From contig DATFGK010000105.1 in assembly GCA_035249485.1 (NCBI GenBank), positions 1 to 41,485 on the forward strand: a stretch of 41,485 nt of DNA, given 5' to 3'. Position numbers and translations under genes: made by a program. Positions 1 through 9,869 of this stretch are shown piece after piece (the first letter of the stretch is position 1; each line of letters starts with the position of its first letter). The notes below the pieces were generated by a model, which was given only the letters and a program-made list of their open reading frames with translations, ran no database searches and had not been told where the DNA came from. The stretch comes from Actinomycetota bacterium (GTDB taxonomy: Bacteria > Actinomycetota > AC-67).

Positions 1-1020
1 GAGGCTGCAGATCTGCGGCGCCGTCATGCCGAGTTCATGCTTCGGCTCGCCGAGTCTGCCAACCTGACGAGCGAGGCGGGCGGGGTGCAACAGCACGGGC
101 TCGTCATCCCGGAACAGGACAACATGCGTGCGGCGCTCGAGTGGGCGATGACCTCTGATCAAATCGAGTTCGGACTAGATCTGATGATCGCGCTCGAGAG
201 CTTCTGGGTCACCAGCCATCCATCTGAGGGGGCGCGCTGGTTCGCACAGCTCTTGGAGCGAGCCGACGACATCGATCCCAGGCTCATGGCGCGAGCGCTC
301 CGAGACTGGGGCGGCTGTGCTCAGATCGCTGGCGACATCGACCGGGCCGAGGAGCTGTACAACGAGAGCCTCGAGCGATTCCGTGCCCTTGGTGATGAAA
401 AGTATGTCGGCGAACTCCTCCATCGAATCGCAACGACCTCGATCTCGCGGGGCGAGACAACCGGGGTACACCCATTGCTCGCGGAGAGCCTCGAGATCGC
501 GCTTCGCGTCGGCAATCGATGGGGCCAGTGCCAAGTGTTCGGGTCGCTCGCCCATATGACCCGGTACGAAGGCGATCTCCATCGCGCTCGCGAGCTGTTC
601 TCCAGGAGCGCTGAGCTTGCGATAGAGATCGGCAACGTCTGGTGGGAGACAAACATGCTCGCGAATGTGACGGAGATCGACTTGGCCACCGGACGGGTCG
701 ACGACGCCGAGCACAACGCGAAGCGCACTCTCGCCCTAGCGCGTTCCATCTCCGACGTCACCATCGTCGCCTGGAGCCTTGTCTATCTCGCCCGGGTCGC
801 CGCCGCTCGCAGCGATCTGGAGCGGGCGGGATTGATCTGGGGCGTCGTTCAGGCAGAAGAGGCTCGCGGTCGAATCAAGACTGTTACAGATCCGGATTGG
901 GCCTCACTCGTGGCGCCGCTGCTCGAGATCGAGAATGCGGCCTTCGAACGGGGCCGAGCCGAGGGTCAGAAGCTCAGCCTTACCGAAGGGGTGGAACGCA
1001 TCCAGGCCAGCGATGCTTAA
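1..1020 (+). CDS. C-terminal TPR/helical-repeat domain of a large signal-transduction regulator (5' end lies outside the window)
   Basis: Frame 1 is open from nt 1 (EAADLRRRHAEFMLRL...). Repeated Ala/Leu/Glu-rich helical hairpins (ARALRDWGGCAQIAGDIDRAEELYNESLERFRALGD, GDLHRARELFSRSAELAIEIGN) are typical of the TPR tails of AfsR/LuxR/STAND-type regulators. TAA stop at 1018-1020. Confidence 0.6.
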   Translation, partial: EAADLRRRHAEFMLRLAESANLTSEAGGVQQHGLVIPEQDNMRAALEWAMTSDQIEFGLDLMIALESFWVTSHPSEGARWFAQLLERADDIDPRLMARALRDWGGCAQIAGDIDRAEELYNESLERFRALGDEKYVGELLHRIATTSISRGETTGVHPLLAESLEIALRVGNRWGQCQVFGSLAHMTRYEGDLHRARELFSRSAELAIEIGNVWWETNMLANVTEIDLATGRVDDAEHNAKRTLALARSISDVTIVAWSLVYLARVAAARSDLERAGLIWGVVQAEEARGRIKTVTDPDWASLVAPLLEIENAAFERGRAEGQKLSLTEGVERIQASDA

Positions 1021-2585
1021 CCGAGCGTGACGACCTTCGCGTCCTTCGCTTCCGACCCGTCGACCAGTTCCTTCAGCACATCGGCATCGATCGGCTGATC
1101 GACGGTCAGGCACATCAGCGCCTCGCCGCCCTTCTCCTGCCGGCCCACGCGCATGTCGGCGATGTTCACCCCGGCACCGCCCAGGATGGTCCCGATCGCT
1201 CCGATCACGCCGGGCCGGTCGTCGTAGCGAAGGAAGCACATGTGCGGGCCCGGCGGGAAGTCGACCTCGAAGTCGAAGATCCGTACGAGCCGCTCCTCGT
1301 TCTTCACGCCGACGAGCGTCCCGGCGACGGCGGCGTCGGCGCCGGAAACCTCGACGAGGTTCACGTAGTCGCGGCTCATCGCGCTCTTCATCTCCTCGAA
1401 CCGGATCCCGCGCTCGGCCGCCATCAGCGGCGCGTTCACGAACGTGACCGGCTCGTGGACCACGGCCGAGAACATCCCCTTCAACCCCGACAACGTCAGC
1501 ACCCGCGTGTCGTGGTCGGCGATCTGACCTTGATACGAGAAGCGCACGTCATGGATGTGTCCACCGGAAAGTGCCGTGAAGATCCGGCCGAGCTTCTCGG
1601 AGAGCGGCAGGAACGCACGCACGACGTCGGAGAGTTCGCGCCCGGCCTCGACGTTGACGGCGTACGGCGCGAGCTCTCCCCGCAGCGCGAGCGCTACCTG
1701 TTCGGCGATCGCTTCGCCGGCTTTGGACTGCGCCTCTTCGGTGGAGGCGCCGAGGTGTGGCGTCAGAACGATCTGCTCGACGGCGAACAGCGGCGAGTCG
1801 CCGGGCGGCTCGTTCTCGAATACATCCAGCGCGGCTCCGCCGAGCTTGCCGGACGAAACGGCCTCAGCCAGCGCCGCCTCGTCGACGATCCCACCGCGCG
1901 AGGTGTTCACGATCCGCGCGGTGGGCTTCATCAATGCCAGTTGCGCAGCGCCGATCAGCGCGGCGGTCTCGGCGGTCTTCGGCAGGTGGATCGTGACGAA
2001 GTCGGCTGCGCGCAGCGCCTCCTCCACGGTGCCGACGAGCTCGACGCCCATCTGCCCGGCGCGCTGCTTCGCCACATAGGGGTCGTAGGCGACCACGCGC
2101 ATCCCGAACGCCAGCGCGCGCTGTGCCACCAGCGTCCCGATGCGGCCGAGCCCGAGGATCGCGAGCACCTTGCCGTGCAGCTCGACGCCCTCGAACCGCG
2201 CCCGTTCCCACTTGCCGGCGCGGACCGACTCGTTCGCGGCCGGGATGTTGCGCGCCTGCGAGAGCATCAGTGCCATCGCGTGCTCGGCGGCCGACAGCAC
2301 GTTCGACTGAGGCGCGTTGACCACGACGATCCCGTGGCGCGTGGCGGCGTCGACATCGACGTTGTCGAGTCCGATCCCGGCTCGGCCGATCACCTTGAGG
2401 TTCTTGCCGCGATCGATCAGCTCCGCGTCGGCCATCGTCTGCGAGCGAACGATGAGCGCATCGTAGCCCTCGATGATCTCGAGCAGTTGCTCGCGGGTCA
2501 GGTCGGTCTTGACGTCGACGGTCGCCTCCGCACGGAGGCGCTCTACACCCCCCTCGGCGATCGTCTCCGCGACGAGAACCTTCAC
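1017..2585 (-). CDS. serA: D-3-phosphoglycerate dehydrogenase (long form with C-terminal ACT domain)
   Basis: VKVLVAETIAEGGVERL... with Rossmann motif ILGLGRIGTLVAQRA and a 2-hydroxyacid dehydrogenase core. The GTG start at 2585 overlaps the upstream TGA as GTGA. The longer ORF-track N-terminus (to 2744) is Arg/Gly junk. Confidence 0.95.
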   Translation of the reverse strand: MKVLVAETIAEGGVERLRAEATVDVKTDLTREQLLEIIEGYDALIVRSQTMADAELIDRGKNLKVIGRAGIGLDNVDVDAATRHGIVVVNAPQSNVLSAAEHAMALMLSQARNIPAANESVRAGKWERARFEGVELHGKVLAILGLGRIGTLVAQRALAFGMRVVAYDPYVAKQRAGQMGVELVGTVEEALRAADFVTIHLPKTAETAALIGAAQLALMKPTARIVNTSRGGIVDEAALAEAVSSGKLGGAALDVFENEPPGDSPLFAVEQIVLTPHLGASTEEAQSKAGEAIAEQVALALRGELAPYAVNVEAGRELSDVVRAFLPLSEKLGRIFTALSGGHIHDVRFSYQGQIADHDTRVLTLSGLKGMFSAVVHEPVTFVNAPLMAAERGIRFEEMKSAMSRDYVNLVEVSGADAAVAGTLVGVKNEERLVRIFDFEVDFPPGPHMCFLRYDDRPGVIGAIGTILGGAGVNIADMRVGRQEKGGEALMCLTVDQPIDADVLKELVDGSEAKDAKVVTLG

Positions 2586-3727
2586 TTCTGCGCGTACACC
2601 TCTTCGGCGGCCGCGACCGCGGCGCCGGGCTTCGCGGGATATCCCATCTCCTTCAGGCAGGACTCGAGCGCCGCCATCGCCTGCAGCACGTCCCCGGCGT
2701 CGATGTAGCCGAGGTGCCCGATGCGGAAGACCTTGCCCTTCCACTTCCCCTGCCCGGGGGCGAACACGATCCCGAACCGCGAACGTACGAGCGCGGTCAG
2801 GTCGTCGCCGTTCACGCCTTCGGGCGCACGGATCGCCGTGACACAGACCGCGCGGTCGAGGTCTTCACCGACGAGGTCGAGCCCGAGCGCCTTCACGGCC
2901 TCCTTTACGGCGCGTGCGTTAAGGCGATGCCGCGCGAAGACGTTCTCGATCCCCTCTTCGCGGAGAAGGCGGATCGCCTCGCGCAAGCCGAGGTACAGCG
3001 ATACCGCCGGCGTGTAGGGGTTCTCCGGCTCCTTGCGGTTGTAGGCGTCGCGGACCGGGCCCCAGTCGAAGTAGAACCGCGGCAGCTTCGCCTGCTCGTA
3101 GGCCTTCCAAGCCGCGTCGCTGATGCTCACGAACGCGATGCCCGGCGACATCATGAGGCCCTTCTGCACGCCCCCGATCGCGACGTCGATCCCCCATTCG
3201 TCGACGAGCAGCGGCGTCGCGCCCAGCCCGGAGATCGTGTCGACGACGAGCAAAGCCGGGTGGTCCTTGACGACTGCGCCGATCGCCTCGATGTCGTTGA
3301 CGACGCCGGTCGAGGTCTCGGAGTGCTGGATCAGCACGCCCTTGACGCCGGGCTCCAAAGCCGCTTTCACGTCCTCGGCCTTCGCGACCCGGCCCCAGTC
3401 ATACTCGAGCAGCTTCACGTCGAGCCCGTACGCGCCGGCGATCTTGGCGAAGCGCTCGCCGAAGTTGCCGACCGACACGACGAGCACGCGGTCGCCCGGC
3501 GAGAACAGGTTCACCACAGCGGACTCCATCCCGCCCGAGCCGCTGGCCGTGTAGGTCAGGACGTCGTTCGAGGTGTTGAGGAGCCACTGCAAGCCCTCGG
3601 TGCACTCGCGCAGCACCGCCGCGTAGCCGGGGCCTCGGTGGTAGACGATCGGCGCGCCCTGGGCGAGCAGCACCTCGGCCGGGACCGGCGTAGGGCCGGG
3701 CGTCATCAAGATCTCGGGTTTCCGCAC
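2582..3727 (-). CDS. Class-V (AGXT/serine-pyruvate family) aminotransferase, likely the phosphoserine aminotransferase partner of serA
   Basis: 381 aa, MRKPEILMTPGPTPVPAEVL... matches the class-V aminotransferase fold signature. The stop overlaps the serA start (GTGA). GAGG lies 6 nt upstream of the GTG start at 3727. Confidence 0.85.
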   Translation of the reverse strand: MRKPEILMTPGPTPVPAEVLLAQGAPIVYHRGPGYAAVLRECTEGLQWLLNTSNDVLTYTASGSGGMESAVVNLFSPGDRVLVVSVGNFGERFAKIAGAYGLDVKLLEYDWGRVAKAEDVKAALEPGVKGVLIQHSETSTGVVNDIEAIGAVVKDHPALLVVDTISGLGATPLLVDEWGIDVAIGGVQKGLMMSPGIAFVSISDAAWKAYEQAKLPRFYFDWGPVRDAYNRKEPENPYTPAVSLYLGLREAIRLLREEGIENVFARHRLNARAVKEAVKALGLDLVGEDLDRAVCVTAIRAPEGVNGDDLTALVRSRFGIVFAPGQGKWKGKVFRIGHLGYIDAGDVLQAMAALESCLKEMGYPAKPGAAVAAAEEVYAQK

Positions 3728-3769
3728 GTCAAGCCTCGCTTCCGGGGAAGACCGTGGTCGCCTGACGCC

Positions 3770-3775
3770 ATTCTA
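3770..3775 (-). promoter_or_regulatory. Candidate -10 hexamer TAGAAT for the aminotransferase-serA operon
   Basis: The minus strand reads cgtgaacgccTAGAATggcgtc about 45 nt upstream of the GTG start, inside a short GACGCC/GGCGTT imperfect palindrome. The -35 is weak. Confidence 0.25.
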
Positions 3776-3892
3776 GGCGTTCACGACGGCACGTCCCCCT
3801 CCATATCGGGCCGATCCACGAGGTTCGCCTTTCAGAGTGGCAGCACGGCAGTCACGACTGCCACCTCCCGAAGGAGGTACCCGCGCGGTTCC

Positions 3893-5299
3893 CTACCGGG
3901 ATGGCTTGATGTTCTGGTTCAGGTTGAACACGTTGGCCGGATCGTAGGCGTCCTTGAGCGCGACCAGTCGCTTGTAGCGCTCGGCCCCGTAGGCCTTCTC
4001 GACCCGTTCGGAGCCTTCGTCGCCGATGAAGTTCACGTAAACCCGGTCAAGCGTGTGCGGCTCGAGCGCAGAGGCCAGCTCGCGCGTCCAGGCGATGTTC
4101 TCGTCGTCGGCCTCCGGGTCGGGCCAGCTCGAGTCCATCTGAACGACGTAACCCGAGTCGCGCAGCGGGAAGGCCGTGTCCATCTCCCCCACCGCGGCGA
4201 TCGCACCGCCGAACCGGCCGATGAGCACGCTGCTGTTCGGCGCAGGTGCGGTCGGCCCACGCGAGGCGATGACCCCGATCGCTTCGGATGAAAGCTCCTT
4301 CAGATACGCCGACTTCCAGTAGTTCCGCGATCCCCACGGCTCGTTCTCGTCTTGGATGGTCTGCAACATCGTGTACGGCATCGGCAGTGCTATCTCGAAC
4401 GACGGCTTGCCGAAAGCTTTGATCGGGGCGATCGCTTTCTGTCCTTCATCGGGGTCGCCGATCCAAGCGGCGAAGATCGCGCACATCTTCTTGCCGAGGA
4501 TCTCGGGTGGGAAGATCGGCATCGGCGGCTGCTCCGGCACGGTGAGGAAGATGCCCATGAAGGCGAGGTCGGCCGGGGCGTCGACGTAAAGCCCCTTCAA
4601 GAAATCGAGCATCTCGGCTCCCTGATCGGGTGAGTACATCGACATGCTGACGAGCACATCCCCGACCGGGTGCAGCCGGTACTCGAACGAGGTGACGATC
4701 CCGAAGTTGCCGCCGCCCCCGCGCAACCCCCAGAAAAGGTCGGGGTGCTCGGTCTCGCTCGCCACGAGCACCCGCCCGTCCGCGGTCACGACGTCGGCCG
4801 AAACGAGGTTGTCGCAGGAGAGCCCGAGCTTGAAGGAGAGGATCCCGAAGCCGCCTCCAAGGGTCAGGCCGCTGATCCCCGTGTGCGAGACGACCCCGCC
4901 GGGCGTGGCGAGCCCGTACACCTGGGTCTCGCGATCGACGTCACCCCAGAGTGCGCCGCCTTGTGCTCGAACGGTCTTCGCATCCGGGTCGACGTGGACA
5001 CCGCGCATCCGCGACAGGTCGATCACCACGCCGTCGTCCACGCTCGAGAACCCAGCGACGCTGTGACCGCCGCCGCGGATCGCGATCGGCAACCCCGCCT
5101 GGAGCGCGAAGCCGAGCGCAGCCTGCACGTCGGCCGTCCCGGTGCAACGCGCGATCAACGCGGGACGCTTGTCGAACATCGCGTTGTGGCGCGCGCGCGC
5201 TTCGTCGTACCCCGGCTCGCCGGGCCGGATCAGATCTCCGCGGAAGTTGAAACGAAGTCCCTCGACGGCGCCGTCCTCGACGATCTGCTTGGTCACCAT
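3893..5299 (-). CDS. FAD-binding (PCMH-type, berberine-bridge-like) oxidoreductase
   Basis: AIRGGGHSVAGFS...VIDLSRM...GGALWGDV...GGVVSHTGISGLTLGGGFG is the FAD_binding_4 signature. The C-terminal AYDPANVFNLNQNIKP is a BBE-like tail. ATG at 5299 is preceded by GAGGGGGAG. Confidence 0.85.
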   Translation of the reverse strand: MVTKQIVEDGAVEGLRFNFRGDLIRPGEPGYDEARARHNAMFDKRPALIARCTGTADVQAALGFALQAGLPIAIRGGGHSVAGFSSVDDGVVIDLSRMRGVHVDPDAKTVRAQGGALWGDVDRETQVYGLATPGGVVSHTGISGLTLGGGFGILSFKLGLSCDNLVSADVVTADGRVLVASETEHPDLFWGLRGGGGNFGIVTSFEYRLHPVGDVLVSMSMYSPDQGAEMLDFLKGLYVDAPADLAFMGIFLTVPEQPPMPIFPPEILGKKMCAIFAAWIGDPDEGQKAIAPIKAFGKPSFEIALPMPYTMLQTIQDENEPWGSRNYWKSAYLKELSSEAIGVIASRGPTAPAPNSSVLIGRFGGAIAAVGEMDTAFPLRDSGYVVQMDSSWPDPEADDENIAWTRELASALEPHTLDRVYVNFIGDEGSERVEKAYGAERYKRLVALKDAYDPANVFNLNQNIKPSR

Positions 5300-5365
5300 C
5301 GCTCCCCCTCGATCGCGCGGATGTGACTCCACCCTACGCCGGGGCGAAGCGAGAGGGGAAGCCGC

Positions 5366-5797
5366 TTAGCGGCCTTCGAGGACGCGCTTGAGGTTCGCCA
5401 GGAAGCCCTGGTTACTCTTGCCGATCATCATCTTGATCATCGGCGTCATGAGCTTCATGGCGCCGGGCGGTTCGAGCTCGACCCGACGGGTGACGCGGGT
5501 CCCGGTGCCGTCCGTCTCAACGAGGTTCGTAACGGTCGGCGCCATCTTCCCCATGCGGCCCTCGAACTCGACGAGCTTCGCAGGCTCGAGCCGCCGAACG
5601 GTCATCGTGCCCTCGGACACGCCCATCGACGGCTTAACCTTGACGTTGAACACCGTCCCAACGCCGACCGTCTCCGTCGAGGAACTCGCCTCGAGAACGT
5701 CGGTGTGCCACGACGGATCGTTGCGGATGTCCGCCATGTAGGCGAGGACGTCGCCGGGCGGCTTCGCGATCGAGATGCTCCGCTCAACCGTAGCCAT
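5366..5797 (-). CDS. SRPBCC (polyketide cyclase/dehydrase-like) family protein
   Basis: 143 aa, MATVERSISIAKPPGDVLAYMADIRNDPSWH... is typical of the SRPBCC/START-like fold. ATG at 5797 is preceded by GGGGGAAGAG. The long N-terminal extension in the ORF track (to 6646) overlaps ilvC and is rejected. Confidence 0.75.
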   Translation of the reverse strand: MATVERSISIAKPPGDVLAYMADIRNDPSWHTDVLEASSSTETVGVGTVFNVKVKPSMGVSEGTMTVRRLEPAKLVEFEGRMGKMAPTVTNLVETDGTGTRVTRRVELEPPGAMKLMTPMIKMMIGKSNQGFLANLKRVLEGR

Positions 5798-5808
5798 CGC
5801 TCTTCCCC

Positions 5809-6804
5809 CTACTTCTTCGCGATCCAGGGCATCATCGCGCGGAGCTTCTCGCCGACCTCCTCGATCTGATGGTCGGCCTGCTCCTTGCGGGCGGCGTTGA
5901 AGTTCGGCGCGCCTTCCGCGTTCTCCTTGATCCACTCTCGCGCGAACCGGCCCGAGGTGATCTCCTTCAGGATCTTCTGCATCTCCTTGCGGGTCCGCTC
6001 GTTGACGATCCGTTTCCCGCGCGAGTAGTCGCCGTACTCGGCTGTGTCGGAGATCGAGTAACGCATGTACTTGAACCCGCCCTCGTAGAGCAGGTCGACG
6101 ATCAGCTTCAGCTCGTGGAGGCATTCGAAGTACGCGACCTCCGGCTGGTAACCCGCCGCCACGAGTGTCTCGAACCCGGCATGTACGAGCTCCGACGTTC
6201 CGCCGCAGAGCACCACCTGCTCGCCGAACAGGTCGGTCTCGGTCTCTTCCTGGAAGGTCGTTTCGATCAGCCCGGCCCGCGTCGCGCCGAGACCCTTCGC
6301 GTACGCCTTCGCGATCGCGTGCGCGTTGCCGGTCGCGTCCTGATGGACGGCGAGCAGCGCCGGTGTGCCGATCTTCTCGGTGAAGGTGCGGCGGACCAGA
6401 TGCCCCGGCCCCTTCGGCGCGACCATCGCGACGTCGACGGTCTTCGACGGGCGGATCTGCTTGAAGTGGATGTTGAAGCCGTGCGCGAAGAACAGCGCAT
6501 CGCCCTTCTTGAGATTCGGCTTCACGGACTCGTCGTAGACCTTCTTCTGAACCGTGTCCGGCAACAGCATCATGATCAGATTGGCTTCCTTGGCGGCCTC
6601 GGCCGCCGGAAGGACCCGAACGCCGTCGGCCTCGGCCTTGGCCCACGACTTCGAGCCTTCGTACAGCCCGACGCGAACGTCGACGCCGGAGTCCTGCAGG
6701 TTCAGCGCATGCGCGTGTCCCTGCGATCCGTAGCCGAGGATCGCGACCTTCTTGTCGTCCAGCACCGAAAGGTCGGCGTCGTCGTCGTAATAGATGGTCG
6801 CCAT
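5809..6804 (-). CDS. ilvC: Ketol-acid reductoisomerase
   Basis: [40 protein letters not shown]... is the canonical class-I KARI sequence, 331 aa. Confidence 0.97.
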   Translation of the reverse strand: MATIYYDDDADLSVLDDKKVAILGYGSQGHAHALNLQDSGVDVRVGLYEGSKSWAKAEADGVRVLPAAEAAKEANLIMMLLPDTVQKKVYDESVKPNLKKGDALFFAHGFNIHFKQIRPSKTVDVAMVAPKGPGHLVRRTFTEKIGTPALLAVHQDATGNAHAIAKAYAKGLGATRAGLIETTFQEETETDLFGEQVVLCGGTSELVHAGFETLVAAGYQPEVAYFECLHELKLIVDLLYEGGFKYMRYSISDTAEYGDYSRGKRIVNERTRKEMQKILKEITSGRFAREWIKENAEGAPNFNAARKEQADHQIEEVGEKLRAMMPWIAKK

Positions 6805-6811
6805 GGAAAAG

Positions 6812-7336
6812 TTAAGCCCCCTTCTCGGCCAGGCGGAGCGCCTTGTCTGCGATCCCGCGGTCCCCGCGTGCCAGCGCGACGAGCCCCGTGCGGACGAACT
6901 CGCGCACGCCGTAGGGACGCAGCATGTCGGTCATCGCTTGCAGTTTGTCAGGCGAACCCGTCGCCTCGATCGTGAGCGCCCCGGGAGCGACGTCGACGAT
7001 CTTCGAGCGGAAGATGTCGGCGATCTCCACGATCTGGGCGCGCGTCTCGGCCGCCGCCTTGACCTTGATCAGAAGCAGCTCGCGCTCGACCGACTGATCC
7101 TTGTCGAGCTCGACGATCTTGATCACCGGCACGAGCTTGTTGAGCTGCTTCACGACTTGCTCGAGCGGCTTGGTCTCGACGTTGACGACGATCGTCATCC
7201 GGGAGACATCGCTTATCTCCGTCGGGCCGACCGCGAGGGACTCGATGTTGAAGCCGCGACGCGCGAACAGCCCTGCGATCCGGGCGAGCACGCCCGGCTT
7301 GTTCTCCACCAGAACCGAGAGCGTGTGCTTGGCCAT
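6812..7336 (-). CDS. ilvN: Acetolactate synthase small (regulatory) subunit
   Basis: [40 protein letters not shown] is the ACT-domain signature, 174 aa. ATG at 7336 overlaps the ilvB stop (ATGA). Confidence 0.95.
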   Translation of the reverse strand: MAKHTLSVLVENKPGVLARIAGLFARRGFNIESLAVGPTEISDVSRMTIVVNVETKPLEQVVKQLNKLVPVIKIVELDKDQSVERELLLIKVKAAAETRAQIVEIADIFRSKIVDVAPGALTIEATGSPDKLQAMTDMLRPYGVREFVRTGLVALARGDRGIADKALRLAEKGA

Positions 7337-9090
7337 CAGATGATCGCCTCCGGGGTGTCCACCAGTATGTCGGCGTGTTCCTTCTCGTACTCCGGTCCGA
7401 GGATGATGTCGTCGTTCGATGCTCCAGCCGGGACCATCGGGTAGCACTTCTCTTCCGGATCGCAGCGGAAGTCGATCACGACCGTGCGGTCGTCGATCTC
7501 GTTCGCTTTCCGGATCGTGGCCTCGACCTCGCCGGCGGACTCGCACCGGAGTCCGACCGCGCCGTACGCCTCGGCGAGCTTCACGTAGTCGGGCACGTCG
7601 TAGCCGAACTCAACCGCCGAGAAGCGCTTGTCGTAGAAGAGCTCCTGCCACTGCCGGACCATCCCGAGGAACGCGTTGTTGATGATCCCGATCTTCACCG
7701 GGATGTTCTCGGTGGTCATCGTCGCGAGCTCCTGGCAGGTCATCTGGAAGCAGCCGTCGCCGTCGATGGCCCACACTTGCTCGTCGGGCCGCCCGACCTT
7801 CGCGCCCATCGCGGCCGGGACGGCGTAGCCCATCGTCCCGAGCCCGCCGGAGTTCAGCCAGGTGTTCGGCCGCTTGAACCGGATGTACTGCGAGGCCCAC
7901 ATCTGGTGCTGGCCGACGCCGGCGACGTAGATCGCGTCGCCGCCCGTGATCTTGCCGATCTGCTCGATGACGTACTCGGGCTTGAGCGGGCCGTCGGAGG
8001 TCTGCGTGTACCGGTACGGGTATTTCTTCTTCCATCCCTTGACGGTCTTCGTCCACTCGCCGTACTCGGGCTTGCCGCGCTCCTCGATCATCGCCTCGAT
8101 GACCTCGTTGAGCTCGTGGATCACGGAGCGCGCGTCGCCGACGATCGGGACGTCGACCCCGCGGTTCTTGCCGATCTCGGCCGGGTCGATGTCGGCGTGG
8201 ATCACCTTGGCGTTCGGCGCGAAGGTCGCCAGCTTGCCGGTCACGCGGTCGTCGAACCGCACACCGAGCGACACCAGCAGGTCCGTCTTCTGCATCGCCG
8301 TGACGGCCGTGTAGTTGCCGTGCATCCCCGGCATACCGAGGCACAGGTCGTGGTCGTCGGGGACGGCGCCGCGACCCATGAGCGTCGTGACCACCGGGAT
8401 CCCGGTGAGCTCGACGAGACGGCGCAGCTCGTCGGATGCTCCGGCGCGGATGATGCCGCCGCCTGCGTAGATCACGGGCTGCTTGGCCGACAGGATCAGC
8501 TTCGCAGCCTCGCGGATCTGCTTCGGGTTGCCCTTGGTGACCGGACGGTAGCCGGGGAGGTCGACCTCCTCCGGGTACCACCAGGCCATCTCGGCCTGGA
8601 GCACGTCCTTGGGGATGTCGACGAGCACCGGACCGGGCCGACCCGTGCGCGCGATGTGGAACGCCTCGGCGATCGTCTGCGGGATCTCCTGCGCGTCCAT
8701 CACGAGGAAGTTGTGCTTGGTGATCGGCATCGTGATCCCGGTCGCGTCGCACTCCTGGAACGCGTCGCCGCCGACCGCCCACGTCGGAACCTGACCCGAG
8801 ATCGCGACGACGGGGATCGAGTCCATGTACGCGCTCGCGAGCCCGGTGACGAGGTTCGTCACGCCTGGGCCCGAGGTCGCCATGCACACGCCGACCTCGC
8901 CGGTCGCCTGCGCGTAGCCGTCGGCGGCGTGCGCGGCGCCCTGCTCGTGGCGGCACAGGATGTGCCGTACGGGCGAGTCGAGGATCGGGTCGTACGCCGG
9001 CAGGATCGCGCCGCCGGGGATGCCGAAGATGACCTCGACCCCTTCTTGCTCGAGCGAGCGAACCATCGCCTGTGCTCCGGTGATCTTCAC
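7336..9090 (-). CDS. ilvB: Acetolactate synthase large (catalytic) subunit, ThDP-dependent
   Basis: 584 aa, [33 protein letters not shown]... with the ThDP motif [19 protein letters not shown]...IDGDGCFQM...NN. GTG start is preceded by GGGGAG. Confidence 0.97.
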   Translation of the reverse strand: MKITGAQAMVRSLEQEGVEVIFGIPGGAILPAYDPILDSPVRHILCRHEQGAAHAADGYAQATGEVGVCMATSGPGVTNLVTGLASAYMDSIPVVAISGQVPTWAVGGDAFQECDATGITMPITKHNFLVMDAQEIPQTIAEAFHIARTGRPGPVLVDIPKDVLQAEMAWWYPEEVDLPGYRPVTKGNPKQIREAAKLILSAKQPVIYAGGGIIRAGASDELRRLVELTGIPVVTTLMGRGAVPDDHDLCLGMPGMHGNYTAVTAMQKTDLLVSLGVRFDDRVTGKLATFAPNAKVIHADIDPAEIGKNRGVDVPIVGDARSVIHELNEVIEAMIEERGKPEYGEWTKTVKGWKKKYPYRYTQTSDGPLKPEYVIEQIGKITGGDAIYVAGVGQHQMWASQYIRFKRPNTWLNSGGLGTMGYAVPAAMGAKVGRPDEQVWAIDGDGCFQMTCQELATMTTENIPVKIGIINNAFLGMVRQWQELFYDKRFSAVEFGYDVPDYVKLAEAYGAVGLRCESAGEVEATIRKANEIDDRTVVIDFRCDPEEKCYPMVPAGASNDDIILGPEYEKEHADILVDTPEAII

Positions 9091-9107
9091 GACACCACTC
9101 CCCTGGG

Positions 9108-9704
9108 CTAGTTGTTCGAGATCCGGTCCGACGCCCGTGCGACCTCGCGGATGACCTCTTCCGCGGTCGCGATCCGCACGCCGATGGCGGAAAGGTCCGC
9201 CAGATTCACGCGATGCGTCTCGTCGCTCGTCGTCGCGAGCGCGTCCGCAACCGCCACGACGTCGTAGTCGAGCCCGACCGCGTCGTACATCGTGGTGCGC
9301 GGACAGTTCGGCAGGTTGACACCGACGACCACAACCTTCGTCACGCCGGCCCGCCGCAGCAGAAGATCGAGCTCAGTGAACGCGAAGGCGCTGAACCGTT
9401 GCTTCACGATCACCGGCTCGCCGGGCTCGGGCACGAGGCGGTCGATGATCTGCGCGCCCCAAGTGCGCTCGACGAGGAAGCCGCGATCGTTCTGGAAGAA
9501 CGGGACGCGGAACCGCTCGACGTCCCACGTATCGGCGCGGTATGAGCGGACGACATGGAGCACGGGCTCCTTGGCTTCGCGGAACGCGTCGAGGATGGCG
9601 TTCATCACCGGGGCCTTGTGGACGGCGTCCATGATCGGTGCGCGCCCTTCCCCGTGTGCCATGTCGTTCTGCATGTCGATGATCAGCAACGCCGTCCTGC
9701 CCAT
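9108..9704 (-). CDS. Isochorismatase-family (cysteine) hydrolase, first cistron ahead of ilvB
   Basis: [15 protein letters not shown]... [19 protein letters not shown] matches the isochorismatase fold with its catalytic Cys context. ATG at 9704 lies 5 nt after GGAGG. It ends 17 nt upstream of ilvB. Confidence 0.85.
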   Translation of the reverse strand: MGRTALLIIDMQNDMAHGEGRAPIMDAVHKAPVMNAILDAFREAKEPVLHVVRSYRADTWDVERFRVPFFQNDRGFLVERTWGAQIIDRLVPEPGEPVIVKQRFSAFAFTELDLLLRRAGVTKVVVVGVNLPNCPRTTMYDAVGLDYDVVAVADALATTSDETHRVNLADLSAIGVRIATAEEVIREVARASDRISNN

Positions 9705-9752
9705 CACAACCTCCGCGTTTCAAACTTCGGCGGGCGAAACGTTCGCCCCAAC

Positions 9753-9778
9753 GAAAAAACCTCTCGGCATCCGAGAGG
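9753..9778 (-). terminator. Intrinsic terminator of the ilv leader (attenuator)
   Basis: The minus strand reads CCTCTCGG-atg-CCGAGAGG followed by TTTTTTCG: a perfect 8-bp GC-rich stem, 3-nt loop and U-tract. It lies between the leader ORF and the isochorismatase/ilvB genes. Confidence 0.6.
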
Positions 9779-9812
9779 TCACGCGCACGCCCCCGTAGGA
9801 GCCCGCGCGCGG

Positions 9813-9860
9813 TCAGATAACTACGAGGACGCTCGCCGAAAAGGCCTCCCTGGAAAGCAT
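9813..9860 (-). CDS. Candidate ilv leader peptide MLSREAFSASVLVVI (15 codons)
   Basis: ATG CTT TCC AGG GAG GCC TTT TCG GCG AGC GTC CTC GTA GTT ATC TGA on the minus strand. The last five codons are Val-Leu-Val-Val-Ile. The stop abuts a GC-rich stem-loop (9782-9809), which is followed by the terminator. Confidence 0.55.
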   Translation of the reverse strand: MLSREAFSASVLVVI

Positions 9861-9869
9861 AGTGCGCGG

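Noticed and set aside
1017-1020. TTAA where the TAA stop of the plus-strand TPR gene and the TAA stop of the minus-strand serA overlap by 2 nt.
   Set aside because: It is a real sequence feature, but most simply a coincidence of convergent gene packing. No hairpin or terminator accompanies it.
642-2708. Very long ORFs antisense to real genes: 642-2708, 7375-9111, 12424-14016, 16214-17641, 18971-20203, 20427-22445, 22088-23608, 23716-25110, 28566-30248, 30777-31943, 31995-33539, 33667-34602, 36122-37249 and 38631-39788.
   Set aside because: Their translations are Arg/Gly/Asp/Pro/His-rich low-complexity sequence with no recognisable motifs. Each lies opposite a gene with an unmistakable family signature. 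Shadow ORFs like these are expected in high-GC DNA because stop codons are rare.
3841-3892. Two small hairpins just downstream of the FAD-oxidase stop on the minus strand (CCTCC-TTCG-GGAGG and GGCAG-TCGTGA-CTGCC).
   Set aside because: The stems are short and no U-rich tail follows, so this could be a weak or Rho-assisted terminator or nothing at all. The evidence is insufficient to call it.
9732-9748. Hairpin GGGCGAA-ACG-TTCGCCC between the ilv leader terminator and the isochorismatase RBS, considered as a second terminator or a protein-binding palindrome.
   Set aside because: There is no U-tract on either strand. It is kept only as part of the leader description, and its role (5'-end stabiliser, processing site) cannot be judged from sequence.
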